A stretch of DNA of 20,000 nt from an uncultured virus (IMG/VR IMGVR_UViG_3300024259_000022) (IMGVR_UViG_3300024259_000022); one strand, 5' to 3'. Positions 1 to 8,390 are shown, counted from the stretch's first letter. Notes: a model not told the origin generated them from the sequence alone. Numbers and translations are program-made.

Positions 1-680
1 TCTTTCAAGAAACTCTTATTCTTTTCATCAAGGTTAGCGATTTTTACGAACTTAACTGCTGATGCTTCTTTTTCTTCTTTATCTTTATCATCAGCCTTAG
101 ACTCTTTATCTTCTTTTTCGCAATCTTCTTTAGTCGAACCATCATCATCACCATCACAGTCGCCACCCTTACATTTACCCTTGCAGATAAAATTAGGTTT
201 GCCACAAGAACACATGCCTTTTTCACCAGCAGTTTTTATTGCTGCTGCCATAGTTGCTGTGCATTTTTTGCAATCATCTTCTCCGCAACCGCATTCGTCT
301 TCATCTTTTTCTGCTACCTTAGCAACTTCTGCTGATCCTGCTTTTTCTTCTTTTTCTACCTTTGGATCATTATTAAGTTTTGCTTCGCCTGTTCCAGCAC
401 CTGAATCTGGAGCTTCATCGTCTTCACTTGTCTTAACTTTAGCTGACGATTTATTACCATCATCCTTATTCTTTGCAGATGGACCAGCCCCTGGCATAGT
501 TGTTGACTCACCAGTTTGGTGCAGTGGCTCAACAGCAAGTTGTCCACTTGAATCTGCTTCTTCTTGCTCTGCTGTTTTAACAGAGGCCATTTTGATATTT
601 CTCTTGCTTTTAAATTCAGCAATAAAATCATCAAATTTTGGCGATGCTGCTGTGCTTATCTTATTAGTATAAAGCTTCAT
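1..680 (-). CDS. Partial hypothetical phage protein (3' end outside window); acidic/low-complexity with Cys clusters and repeated K-x-A motifs; possible scaffold or internal head protein
   Basis: Absent from the ORF track because it has no stop in the window. ATG at 680 is preceded by SD AAAGGAG. Frame is open to base 1: MKLYTNKISTAASPKFDDF...ECGCGEDDCKKC...GMCSCGKPNFICKGKC...KEASAVKFVKIANLDEKNKSFLK. The function is inference. Confidence 0.85.
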   Translation of the reverse strand, partial: MKLYTNKISTAASPKFDDFIAEFKSKRNIKMASVKTAEQEEADSSGQLAVEPLHQTGESTTMPGAGPSAKNKDDGNKSSAKVKTSEDDEAPDSGAGTGEAKLNNDPKVEKEEKAGSAEVAKVAEKDEDECGCGEDDCKKCTATMAAAIKTAGEKGMCSCGKPNFICKGKCKGGDCDGDDDGSTKEDCEKEDKESKADDKDKEEKEASAVKFVKIANLDEKNKSFLK

Positions 681-726
681 AGTTTTATTCTCCTTTAATT
701 TATAAAATCTACGCTATATTCATATT

Positions 727-754
727 ATTTAAATTATTTTTCAGAAAACCCTTT
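727..754 (-). promoter_or_regulatory. Putative late promoter, motif AAAGGR-N18-RAAT (copy 1)
   Basis: Minus strand AAAGGG-TTTTCTGAAAAATAATTT-AAAT, in the gap upstream of the ORF starting at 680. Same spacing as three other intergenic copies. Confidence 0.6.
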
Positions 755-795
755 TTTTATTTCATAATTTTTAATTATTTAACTTACTCCACTAT

Positions 796-3117
796 TTAAT
801 TCATAAGAGGAGATTGTTTCTGTTTTATTGCAAGCTGAGCATCTACCAGAGGTTTAATAATATTCAACTGATCCAGAGTTAGTTGCCCTATACTCTCTTG
901 AGAGTAGGGATCAGGTTTAGGTGTGGGTGTGGTCTGTTGATCAGCTGGAGTTTGAGGTAATTTACCTCCAGGTGCTACTGCTCCTGATGGATCTCCACCT
1001 ACTGCACCTGCTGGGTCTCCACCTACCGCACCCGCTGGGTTGGAACTTACTGCACCTGATGGGTTTCCACCCGCTTGATCTCCACCAGATGCTTGGTCAA
1101 CTCTTTGTTGAGCCTGCATAGTAGCTTGACCTAATGACTGTAAATTACCAATCATCTGAGCTATATCAAATTGACCAGTATTGGCCATTTGATTATGTTT
1201 TTGAATTATATTAGTAATATTACTAATAGCTGGTTGTAGAAGCTGTTGAGCATTTGGATTATTTTTACCAGCAAAACTTCCAAATACACTTAAAGCATCA
1301 TTTGCCTGTTCAAATACTCCCATATATTCTTGCATATGTTCTGGACTAACTTGAGGTGCTGATGGCTGTTGAGGTTGACCCGCTTTGTTGCCCATATTAT
1401 ACATTGCATTATCTTGCTCGGCAGCATTCTGTTGATCCCATCCTTTGTTGTATTGCTCAGCAGCATTCTGTTGATCCCATCCTTTGTTGTATTGCTTAGC
1501 TTCGTCTTGATCATAACCTTTTTGTTGTAATTGATCAAATTCATAACCAGCTTGATCAGGAGTAATTTGTGGTTTTTTATTGATAGGAAATGGGTTTTTT
1601 GATGGAGTTTTAGCTATTACCATTTCTTTTCCAGCTTCTATAATAATAGACTTATTAGAAGCTGCCGTAGCTTGTTGCCCCATAAAACCCTGTAATTTTT
1701 GAACTAGTGCATTACACTGATCTCTTATAGTTTCCAACCAATCATTAACTTCTCTATTTTGTTCTTTTCCTTGCCCCTTTTCCCCCCATGACCATGGATT
1801 CCACCACGTTGCTTCTTTTTTTTGGTTCCCCGTAAAATCCGCTTCCTTTAACACCTCCGCAGAAATACCTGCTAATTTCTCTCCAAGATCCTTCTCACCG
1901 CTATTGGCTAAGGTATAAGCAATATCCATTAATTGTGAAGAACTTTCTAATATCTTATTTTTTTGAGCATCTACTTCTTTTTCAATGATAGTATAAACAG
2001 CTTCAGGTGTTGACATTCCTGATTTAACTTTTTTAAATACCTGATTAGCAAATTTTTTATGTAACTGTGCTGTTTTCTTCAGACCTATCTTGGGACTTTT
2101 CTCTTGTTTCGCGTATTTTTCCCAACCGCTTTTATTATCGTTTATAGATTCTTTATATTCGTCCCAGCATTGCATCCATACTTCTTGAGCAGGAGACTCT
2201 GGCTGTGTTGTTCTTTTCTGCCTATAGCAGTTATCCCAGCACCTTCTATTTCTCAGCCAGTAACCTTGGACACCAACATACTGTGCTGTCTTAGTGCTTT
2301 TTAAAACTTTCTCTGCACTTTTAATTACTGATGCAGACTTTACAAGTCCCTTAGCTTTAAGAGCTGCCCCAACTTCTATTAAACTATCATTTATGTTTTC
2401 CATTTTATCTATCCCTTTATCTACCGTTTTATTGGAATTTAGATTAACCTTAAATTTCGGATCAAAATATTGAGGCTTCTTGGTTTTTCTATTCTTTACA
2501 AACTCATACTTAGAAATATTCTCAATTATGAATGCCCTTATATTATCAGATGGATTTCTCTTTCCTATAAATCCTCTACCAACAGACCTATCATAAGTAA
2601 CTAATATTGTATTCCCGTTACCAGCCTTAAATATATAATAAGGTTCAACAGTTCTAAATATATTGACTCCTCCTAATGGAGTCCTTGTTAAACCTTTTTC
2701 CCTTTTAAGATACTTCTTTTCATTCCTACTTCCTTTTCCCTTTGTTGTATAATCTATTTTAACAACTCTGTTATTATCTCTTGCCCACTCCAAAGCCTGA
2801 ATAGTGCTTGTAAATTCAGGGATATTATCCTCATCAGGGATTAAGTTCTGCTCTTCAGGAGAAACTCCTATGTCTACAGGAGCTTCCTCTGTAAGAACAT
2901 CTTCTTCACCATCTTCATTTATTAAATTATCAACTAAAACATTTTCATAATCATCCTTAGTAACAGGAAGGTCCTTAGTAATAGGAGTCTCTCCTGCCAC
3001 TGGTGGATTAACCTTGTCTTGCTCAATCTGATTCATCTTCGCGACTGTATCATCATCAAATTGATCCAGCCTTGGGTCAAAATCTTCTGCAAATTTTAAA
3101 CTTTTAATAATTCTCAT
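796..3117 (-). CDS. 773-aa multidomain protein: acidic N-terminus, WYL-like domain, Cys/Trp-rich helical segment, Gln/Gly-rich repetitive C-terminus
   Basis: Long ORF. WYL-like pattern ALEWARDNNRVVKIDY...RTVEPYYIF...ILVTYD...IRAFIIENI at about 2500-2805. Also RCWDNCYRQKR...WMQCWDEY and internal tandem repeats. Confidence 0.85.
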   Translation of the reverse strand: MRIIKSLKFAEDFDPRLDQFDDDTVAKMNQIEQDKVNPPVAGETPITKDLPVTKDDYENVLVDNLINEDGEEDVLTEEAPVDIGVSPEEQNLIPDEDNIPEFTSTIQALEWARDNNRVVKIDYTTKGKGSRNEKKYLKREKGLTRTPLGGVNIFRTVEPYYIFKAGNGNTILVTYDRSVGRGFIGKRNPSDNIRAFIIENISKYEFVKNRKTKKPQYFDPKFKVNLNSNKTVDKGIDKMENINDSLIEVGAALKAKGLVKSASVIKSAEKVLKSTKTAQYVGVQGYWLRNRRCWDNCYRQKRTTQPESPAQEVWMQCWDEYKESINDNKSGWEKYAKQEKSPKIGLKKTAQLHKKFANQVFKKVKSGMSTPEAVYTIIEKEVDAQKNKILESSSQLMDIAYTLANSGEKDLGEKLAGISAEVLKEADFTGNQKKEATWWNPWSWGEKGQGKEQNREVNDWLETIRDQCNALVQKLQGFMGQQATAASNKSIIIEAGKEMVIAKTPSKNPFPINKKPQITPDQAGYEFDQLQQKGYDQDEAKQYNKGWDQQNAAEQYNKGWDQQNAAEQDNAMYNMGNKAGQPQQPSAPQVSPEHMQEYMGVFEQANDALSVFGSFAGKNNPNAQQLLQPAISNITNIIQKHNQMANTGQFDIAQMIGNLQSLGQATMQAQQRVDQASGGDQAGGNPSGAVSSNPAGAVGGDPAGAVGGDPSGAVAPGGKLPQTPADQQTTPTPKPDPYSQESIGQLTLDQLNIIKPLVDAQLAIKQKQSPLMN
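976..1071 (-). repeat. Coding tandem repeat, 4 x 24 bp (8 aa, GG[ND]P[SA]GAV-like)
   Basis: Units start at 976, 1000, 1024 and 1048 (e.g. tactgcacctgctgggtctccacc). They encode GGNPSGAV SSNPAGAV GGDPAGAV GGDPSGAV. Confidence 0.9.
1414..1496 (-). repeat. Coding tandem repeat, about 2 x 39 bp (13 aa, QYNKGWDQQNAAE)
   Basis: gcagcattctgttgatcccatcctttgttgtattgct occurs at 1421 and 1460. A degenerate third unit (QQKGYDQDEAK) precedes them in the protein. Confidence 0.95.
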
Positions 3118-3124
3118 TCTTTTA

Positions 3125-3152
3125 ATTTAAAGAAAAAATCAAAAAATCCTTT
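3125..3152 (-). promoter_or_regulatory. Putative late promoter, motif AAAGGR-N18-RAAT (copy 2)
   Basis: Minus strand AAAGGA-TTTTTTGATTTTTTCTTT-AAAT. It ends 7 nt before the ATG at 3117. Confidence 0.6.
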
Positions 3153-3155
3153 GAT

Positions 3156-3518
3156 TTAATTTTCTTTAAATATTTTTTGCATAGGAATAAGGTCATTAGT
3201 TGACATAGCAATATCACCAAGATCTTCAATTGAAATAGGATCAAAGGCAATTTCAACCTCTTCACCCAATAATCCAGAAAATTCTTCTTGGAATTTATCT
3301 CTATTCTCATCAGCGACCTTCATTTCTTTGCCTTCTTCTTTTGGCTCTGCATACTTCTCGACCAGTTTTACTCTAGCCTTCTCAAGAGTCTCCATCTCAG
3401 CAGAGCTATCTTTCAAAAACTTGTAAAGACGAAAAGAAACCTTAATAGGCAATTCTTTATCTGTCAATTTCTGTAAGCTGCGAGTGAGTCCGTAAATTTC
3501 ACCTAAATTAAACTTCAT
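3156..3518 (-). CDS. Phage protein resembling the DUF1617 family
   Basis: SD AAGGAG. Pattern LQKL.DKELPIKVSFRL.K..K....E....EKAR.KLVEKY...ENRDKF.EEF..LL.EEVEI resembles this small helical phage family (recognised by eye). Confidence 0.7.
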   Translation of the reverse strand: MKFNLGEIYGLTRSLQKLTDKELPIKVSFRLYKFLKDSSAEMETLEKARVKLVEKYAEPKEEGKEMKVADENRDKFQEEFSGLLGEEVEIAFDPISIEDLGDIAMSTNDLIPMQKIFKEN

Positions 3519-3525
3519 AATGCTT

Positions 3526-3900
3526 TTACTCCTTATCTAAGAATTTTACAAGAGTTGAGTGATCATCGTTAATTACTTCAATCTTGCTTCCAATGTTAAT
3601 ATTGTTATTTTTAAAAAAATCATAATTAGCTTCTATTGCCATTTTACAATCTATCTCACTATCGACACATCTAGTCGAACAAGGACTGATATGAGATATT
3701 TTCACTATCTCATTCTCTGACGATACAAAAGCTATCGCTAGAGGAATATATGTGTTTAATCCCCAGAACTTTAAATTCTGAGGGCTTTTGAACTTAAATA
3801 GCATACCATCATCCGCTTCTAGCTTTTTTCTATACATTAGCCCTTGAGACAGTTGGTAAGGTGTCTCTGCTATATCTACATTTAAATAATGTTTAATCAT
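3526..3900 (-). CDS. DUF192 domain protein
   Basis: Signature VDIAETP...QGLMYRKKL..DDGMLFKF......FW..NT.IPLAIAFV...AIEAN. Confidence 0.9.
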   Translation of the reverse strand: MIKHYLNVDIAETPYQLSQGLMYRKKLEADDGMLFKFKSPQNLKFWGLNTYIPLAIAFVSSENEIVKISHISPCSTRCVDSEIDCKMAIEANYDFFKNNNINIGSKIEVINDDHSTLVKFLDKE

Positions 3901-4321
3901 TTAGAATAAACCCCTGTTCCTCGATCTCTTCACGAAAATCTTTTTCTTTATTATCTGGGACTTCAAAAACCATTGAGTCATCTGATATGCTATCCAGAGA
4001 TACATCATTGATGTAATCTGAACTATAAAACCAATTCTCAATTTCTTTCTGATTAGTCGTTTTATTCATTTTAAAATGGTTGCTAACCTCAAGATCCTCT
4101 ACCACAGGCAACATCCTATAAGTGCTTTTAATTCCCTTACGTTGCCTTTCAGAGGCCCCCATCTTTATTAAAAAATCGTCTTCCATATATTTGAATGATA
4201 ATTTCCCACCGTGAAAAACTAACATCTTCTGTCTAATGGTGTCGTACCAGTTTAGCTCTTCATCAACTTTCTCTTTACTAGGCTCTTCCTTGATTTTAAA
4301 TAAAACTGTAACTTCTGACAT
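3893..4321 (-). CDS. Hypothetical protein (142 aa)
   Basis: ORF tightly packed in the operon, overlapping the next gene by 8 bp. No recognisable motif. Confidence 0.8.
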   Translation of the reverse strand: MSEVTVLFKIKEEPSKEKVDEELNWYDTIRQKMLVFHGGKLSFKYMEDDFLIKMGASERQRKGIKSTYRMLPVVEDLEVSNHFKMNKTTNQKEIENWFYSSDYINDVSLDSISDDSMVFEVPDNKEKDFREEIEEQGFILND

Positions 4322-4333
4322 CTTTCTATCTTT

Positions 4334-4756
4334 CTATTTATTAAATCTCCCCCACCAACTAGAAGCAACTTTCATGCTCTTAGCAGTCTTGATTCCCTTA
4401 GTGTTATCAAGAGCCTTATTATAATCGACAGTTTTCCCATCGTCCTCAAATATAGATCTCTCATCCCCAAGAATCATAACATTAATAACCTTTGATCCTT
4501 TTTCTGTAATTTCTATATTATCACCTATAACCTTAATCAAACCAGCCTCAGTCATTCTACTTGTTTCTTCATGACCTAAAGTGACAGGTTTCTTAAAACT
4601 CTTCTCTGCTTTCTTCTCTCCTGATCTCCATACGTTATATAAGGATTTAGCAGTTGTAGGATCTACATAGTTAGGACTCTTTCTAATCTTGTCTGCAAAC
4701 TCTGGCATAATATTAATTAGATTATCCCATATTGATGATTGTCCAAATTTTTTCAT
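4334..4756 (-). CDS. Hypothetical protein with a winged-helix-like motif
   Basis: ETSRMTEAGLIKVIGDNIEITEKGSKVI matches the recognition-helix/wing pattern (GLI...IT.KG) of wHTH proteins. SD-like AAGGGA upstream. Confidence 0.7.
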   Translation of the reverse strand: MKKFGQSSIWDNLINIMPEFADKIRKSPNYVDPTTAKSLYNVWRSGEKKAEKSFKKPVTLGHEETSRMTEAGLIKVIGDNIEITEKGSKVINVMILGDERSIFEDDGKTVDYNKALDNTKGIKTAKSMKVASSWWGRFNK

Positions 4757-4767
4757 TTCATTTTCCC

Positions 4768-5541
4768 TTATTGAGATGGTATCTGTTGTTGAGACTGTTG
4801 TTTGATTTGCTCTTGAACTGGAGGTCCGAGCTGAGATAATCTAGGAATAGCTTGTAGAAGATTGCTCCAGGCATTTGACACATTATCCCCCAAATTATTT
4901 TCCCTCATAGTATTAATTACTTGTTGTGTCATGTCTTTTACTACTGTTGTATCTGGTGAAAACATATTATTAAGTGTTGGTTCTAAATCTCTTAAAGAAG
5001 TTCCTTCAGGAATAGCGTGAGTATCTATTTGTGATTCTTCTTTCATTTTTTGAAATTCTCTTTCACTTTTGGGAGATTTGTTCTTAATTAATTCTCCTAG
5101 AAATTCAACTTCCTGCCACGCCTCTTTTAGTTCTTTCAATTTCAATTTTACTTCATCAGTTTTTGACCATCTATTCTCCTCTTGTATATAATAAAACCAT
5201 TTTTTTAAAGCTTCTGCTGCATATCTTATGTCTCGGCAAGCTTCATTTCGATAATATTTATAATTATAACCAGGTTCATATTTCTTATATTTTGATAATG
5301 GAAGTAAGAAATTTTCAGGCTTTTCAATTAAGTCTCTTAAAAGAAATTCCGTCCACTTTTGATTCCAACCTCCTTTATATTTAGATAGTATGGGAATTAA
5401 TTGTTTAATTTCTTGTGAAATATCATGAGTATCTAAAAATTTATTACGTCTGTTTGTAAAATAATCCTCTCTTCTTCTCTCATTATCTTCCAAGTCAAAT
5501 TCTGCTAACTTTTTATATTTTGCTGTTTTTAATATTTTCAT
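4768..5541 (-). CDS. Hypothetical protein (about 257 aa) with N-terminal leader MKILKTAKYKKLA
   Basis: The ORF track starts at TTG 5553. ATG 5541 is preferred because GGAGAG lies just upstream. Gln-rich C-terminus. Confidence 0.8.
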   Translation of the reverse strand: MKILKTAKYKKLAEFDLEDNERRREDYFTNRRNKFLDTHDISQEIKQLIPILSKYKGGWNQKWTEFLLRDLIEKPENFLLPLSKYKKYEPGYNYKYYRNEACRDIRYAAEALKKWFYYIQEENRWSKTDEVKLKLKELKEAWQEVEFLGELIKNKSPKSEREFQKMKEESQIDTHAIPEGTSLRDLEPTLNNMFSPDTTVVKDMTQQVINTMRENNLGDNVSNAWSNLLQAIPRLSQLGPPVQEQIKQQSQQQIPSQ

Positions 5542-5809
5542 TTCTCTCTCCAAAATCGATATTTACATGATCTCCAATTTTAAAACCGAACCATTCCTCA
5601 AAAGATGACCTATCTTCAAAATTAATTTTAATAAACAAATCATCTTCAAAACAAATAATAATCCCTGTCTTGTCGGATGTCTCAAATAGTTCCATCTCAT
5701 ACTTTTGACAAGGCAAATTTTCAATCATCTCTAATAAACCACTTTTATTTTCTTCATTAAAGTCATATGTGCTGCATGTATCACCTGAATGGTTTTCATT
5801 TCTTTTCAT
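5513..5809 (-). CDS. Hypothetical protein (98 aa)
   Basis: Start overlaps the upstream stop (TAATG coupling at 5809). Acidic, no recognised motif. Confidence 0.7.
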   Translation of the reverse strand: MKRNENHSGDTCSTYDFNEENKSGLLEMIENLPCQKYEMELFETSDKTGIIICFEDDLFIKINFEDRSSFEEWFGFKIGDHVNIDFGERNENIKNSKI

Positions 5810-6585
5810 TACATTGTCCCTGTATACATCTTTCTACTTGGATAAGGGTCTTCCTCATCCCTATCTATCCAATCATAAGGTTCGTTCCTCAATTCTCTCC
5901 AATAGTGCCCTTCACCTACCCTACCGTCATTGTTATAATTAGATAAGCCTTTTGTATATCTATTTTGTTGCTGCTTCCCTTTCTCTCTAGCGTCTAGTCC
6001 AAAACCAAATGGAAATACTCTTTCTTCCATAGGTAGATTAAGACGAGACCAAGGCCCAGCAATACCTTTGGCTGTTCTTATATCCATTTGTGAAACTCTT
6101 TTTTTACCCATAGAGGCAAGAGACAACAAATTGCAAACATATAACAACCTACTTATATTCCTACTAACCCAATCAATAGAAATCTTATAATCTGGAATAT
6201 CATAAATCTGATCCTTACTAAACATTTTTATATCTTTTGAAAGAGCTTGAGAAACTATCATATAATATTTAGATTTTTCAGCTCCATCAAAACATAGGAG
6301 ATATTTAGTTAGGTCTTTTAAGGAAAAAACAAAAAGGTTAACCATATCATCATCAATTATTTCTGTAGAATGTAATTGATCTTGAAGAGTAGAAGTGATG
6401 TCTCCCCATAACTCTAATAGCAACTTCTTTTGTTTTTTAACACAGTTGTTTAATATGCGAATAGTTTTTATAACTCCATATGTGGACACATCTCCATTAT
6501 CATTATGTATTTGACACTTCTTATTATTAATAAGATCGATGCCATAATATTTTAACTCTTTGACCAGTAATGACCATGTATCCAT
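5809..6585 (-). CDS. Hypothetical protein (258 aa)
   Basis: Long ORF in the operon. Helical N-part, then an aromatic-rich tail after IRTAK (GPWSRLNLPMEERVFPF...GHYWRELRNEPYDW). Confidence 0.85.
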   Translation of the reverse strand: MDTWSLLVKELKYYGIDLINNKKCQIHNDNGDVSTYGVIKTIRILNNCVKKQKKLLLELWGDITSTLQDQLHSTEIIDDDMVNLFVFSLKDLTKYLLCFDGAEKSKYYMIVSQALSKDIKMFSKDQIYDIPDYKISIDWVSRNISRLLYVCNLLSLASMGKKRVSQMDIRTAKGIAGPWSRLNLPMEERVFPFGFGLDAREKGKQQQNRYTKGLSNYNNDGRVGEGHYWRELRNEPYDWIDRDEEDPYPSRKMYTGTM

Positions 6586-6590
6586 TTATT

Positions 6591-7583
6591 CTATTCCATA
6601 TCGGTTCTTTTTCTATACCTGTCTAAAGCTTGTTCGTCATCGGCAAAACTTACATCTTCTCCAGAGTTTATATCATCTATCATATGCTTCAATATATCTC
6701 CTGGCTTTTCTGTAAGAGGATTACCCCTACTATCTAGTTCTAACATAGCGTCCATTTCTGTCTTGGGGAGTCTCTTCTCACCAACAGGTTTTAATGTTGT
6801 TACTTTCTTTTTTTTAGCCTTCGATACCTTTTTTTTTGTTTTTTTAGCAACAGTTTTCTTTTTTGCTACTTTTTTCTTAATAGTCTTCTTTTTTGTAGTT
6901 TTTTTCTTTTTCGCTACTTTTTTAGCTTTAACTTCAATTTCTTCCTCTATTTCATCTTCACCGTCAATGAAGTCCATATCTTCTCTCTCATCTTCTCCGA
7001 CCTTAATAAAATCTTCTGACTTAGGAATTTTTATAGCCTCTTCTGTCGTTTGTGTCTGAGGATTCCACGTAACAGCCACAGGGTTTTTATCTTCTCCGCT
7101 CTCAGGAGTCACAAAATCTGATGCTTCAATAACTTTAACATCTTTCTTTTTATCCTTTTTGGTAGTTTTCTTCTTTTCAGCTTTTTTCTTAGTAGTCTTC
7201 TTCTTTGCAGTTTTCTTCTCTACATATGTCTCTTCATCAGATATAATTGTGATAATACCATCTTCTTCTGCTGATATAATCTCAGGAATTTCAGCTTCGT
7301 CCTTACTTATAGGTAAAGATCCATTAGGTCTTAATGCTGTTTTTCCTAAAACAAGCACCCTATCAGTATTATTGATAATAATAACATCATGATCTTTTTC
7401 TATTGCATCATGATCATAATCCTTATCTACAGGAATTAAAATTCCTTTTCTCACAACATCTTTAACATCGCTTGCTCTTAATTTATTACCAGTAATAGAT
7501 ATGGTCATACCTGCCCATATAGCCTTTTTAAGTGTTGGCAGAACACAACTGCCCTTAAATTTTTCAGATACTTTAAATATCAT
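6591..7583 (-). CDS. Lys-rich histone-H1-like low-complexity protein (330 aa)
   Basis: SD AAGGAG. Two K/T/A/V tracts (KKTAKKKTTKKKAEKKKTTKK; KKVAKKKKTTKKKTIKKKVAKKKTVAKK) alternate with acidic tracts after a globular N-terminus. Confidence 0.8.
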   Translation of the reverse strand: MIFKVSEKFKGSCVLPTLKKAIWAGMTISITGNKLRASDVKDVVRKGILIPVDKDYDHDAIEKDHDVIIINNTDRVLVLGKTALRPNGSLPISKDEAEIPEIISAEEDGIITIISDEETYVEKKTAKKKTTKKKAEKKKTTKKDKKKDVKVIEASDFVTPESGEDKNPVAVTWNPQTQTTEEAIKIPKSEDFIKVGEDEREDMDFIDGEDEIEEEIEVKAKKVAKKKKTTKKKTIKKKVAKKKTVAKKTKKKVSKAKKKKVTTLKPVGEKRLPKTEMDAMLELDSRGNPLTEKPGDILKHMIDDINSGEDVSFADDEQALDRYRKRTDME

Positions 7584-7642
7584 CTGTTTCTCCTTATTTG
7601 ATAGTAAAACAACATTTTCATTTAATCATCGACAATTTTAGT

Positions 7643-7680
7643 AAAAAAAAATAGCTACCAACTATTTTGTCAGTAGCTAT
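7643..7680 (-). terminator. Rho-independent terminator
   Basis: Minus strand ATAGCTACTGAC-AAAATA-GTTGGTAGCTAT forms a 12-bp stem with two G-U pairs, followed by a T8 tract. It lies just downstream of the stop at 7705. Confidence 0.85.
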
Positions 7681-7704
7681 GAGTTAAAAGTTTTTCTGGA
7701 TTAT

Positions 7705-8196
7705 TTATAATCTCAGACCTTTAATTTTTGTATCTTGTTTGATCCTTCTAAACACATTCCCTCTATTTCTATGCATGCTCTGAGGGCTTGGTGGCCCTTT
7801 ATCCAATCTTTCTGATTCCCCTCCTATTGGCATAGTATCATCATCTTCAATACCTTCGCCTCTAGAAGTAAACCTATCTCCTAATCCATCATGACTATCT
7901 CCAGCCTCTCCCATATCATTTTCTTCATCATCCATCAATACTGCCTCTCCTGGCAACCCCTTTAGGTAAACAGTATCATCATCCTCATTATTATCAGGAT
8001 TTTGGCTATAATGTTTTGGGCCACCAGGATTCCTTGCGTTTCCGCCTGCTTCAAACGCACCAGCAGGGTCAGTTAAGAAGGAAAAATCGTCATCTATCTT
8101 CTTCTTCTTCTCATCACGATTACCCCTACTATAATCATCCATAATAGGAATAGTCCCACCTCTCATCCTTGCTATTTTTTTATACCAATTATTCAT
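7705..8196 (-). CDS. Hypothetical, probably disordered acidic protein with leader MNNWYKKIA
   Basis: 163-aa D/G/E-rich ORF followed by a terminator. Confidence 0.8.
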   Translation of the reverse strand: MNNWYKKIARMRGGTIPIMDDYSRGNRDEKKKKIDDDFSFLTDPAGAFEAGGNARNPGGPKHYSQNPDNNEDDDTVYLKGLPGEAVLMDDEENDMGEAGDSHDGLGDRFTSRGEGIEDDDTMPIGGESERLDKGPPSPQSMHRNRGNVFRRIKQDTKIKGLRL

Positions 8197-8198
8197 AA

Positions 8199-8390
8199 CT
8201 ATATAGAACGATAAGGTTCAACCTCATAACTATTTATTCTAGTTTCTTTTACAGATGAAAACTCTTTTATTTTTCTTTCTGCTTCTTTTTGTTCTAATGC
8301 TTTATCTTCCTGCTCGGCAACAAAAATATCTCCTTCCATCGAGAAAGTATATCTAGATTTTGGTAATTGTCTATTATACCAATTAGGCAT
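8199..8390 (-). CDS. Small hypothetical protein with leader MPNWYNR
   Basis: 63-aa ORF filling the gap exactly (8-bp overlap upstream, 2-bp gap downstream). SD AGGAG upstream. Confidence 0.75.
   Translation of the reverse strand: MPNWYNRQLPKSRYTFSMEGDIFVAEQEDKALEQKEAERKIKEFSSVKETRINSYEVEPYRSI

Noticed and set aside
181..672. Plus-strand 163-aa ORF and minus-strand ORFs 44-226 and 356-634
   Set aside because: Shadows or alternative frames of the real minus-strand gene starting at ATG 680, which has a strong SD.
1414..1496. 39-bp repeat as a possible CRISPR array
   Set aside because: Copies are contiguous with no spacers, the period is a multiple of 3, it lies in frame within a CDS, and no cas genes are present.
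6763..7392. Phe/Val-rich plus-strand ORFs that look like membrane proteins
   Set aside because: Antisense reading of the poly-Lys codons of the histone-like gene.
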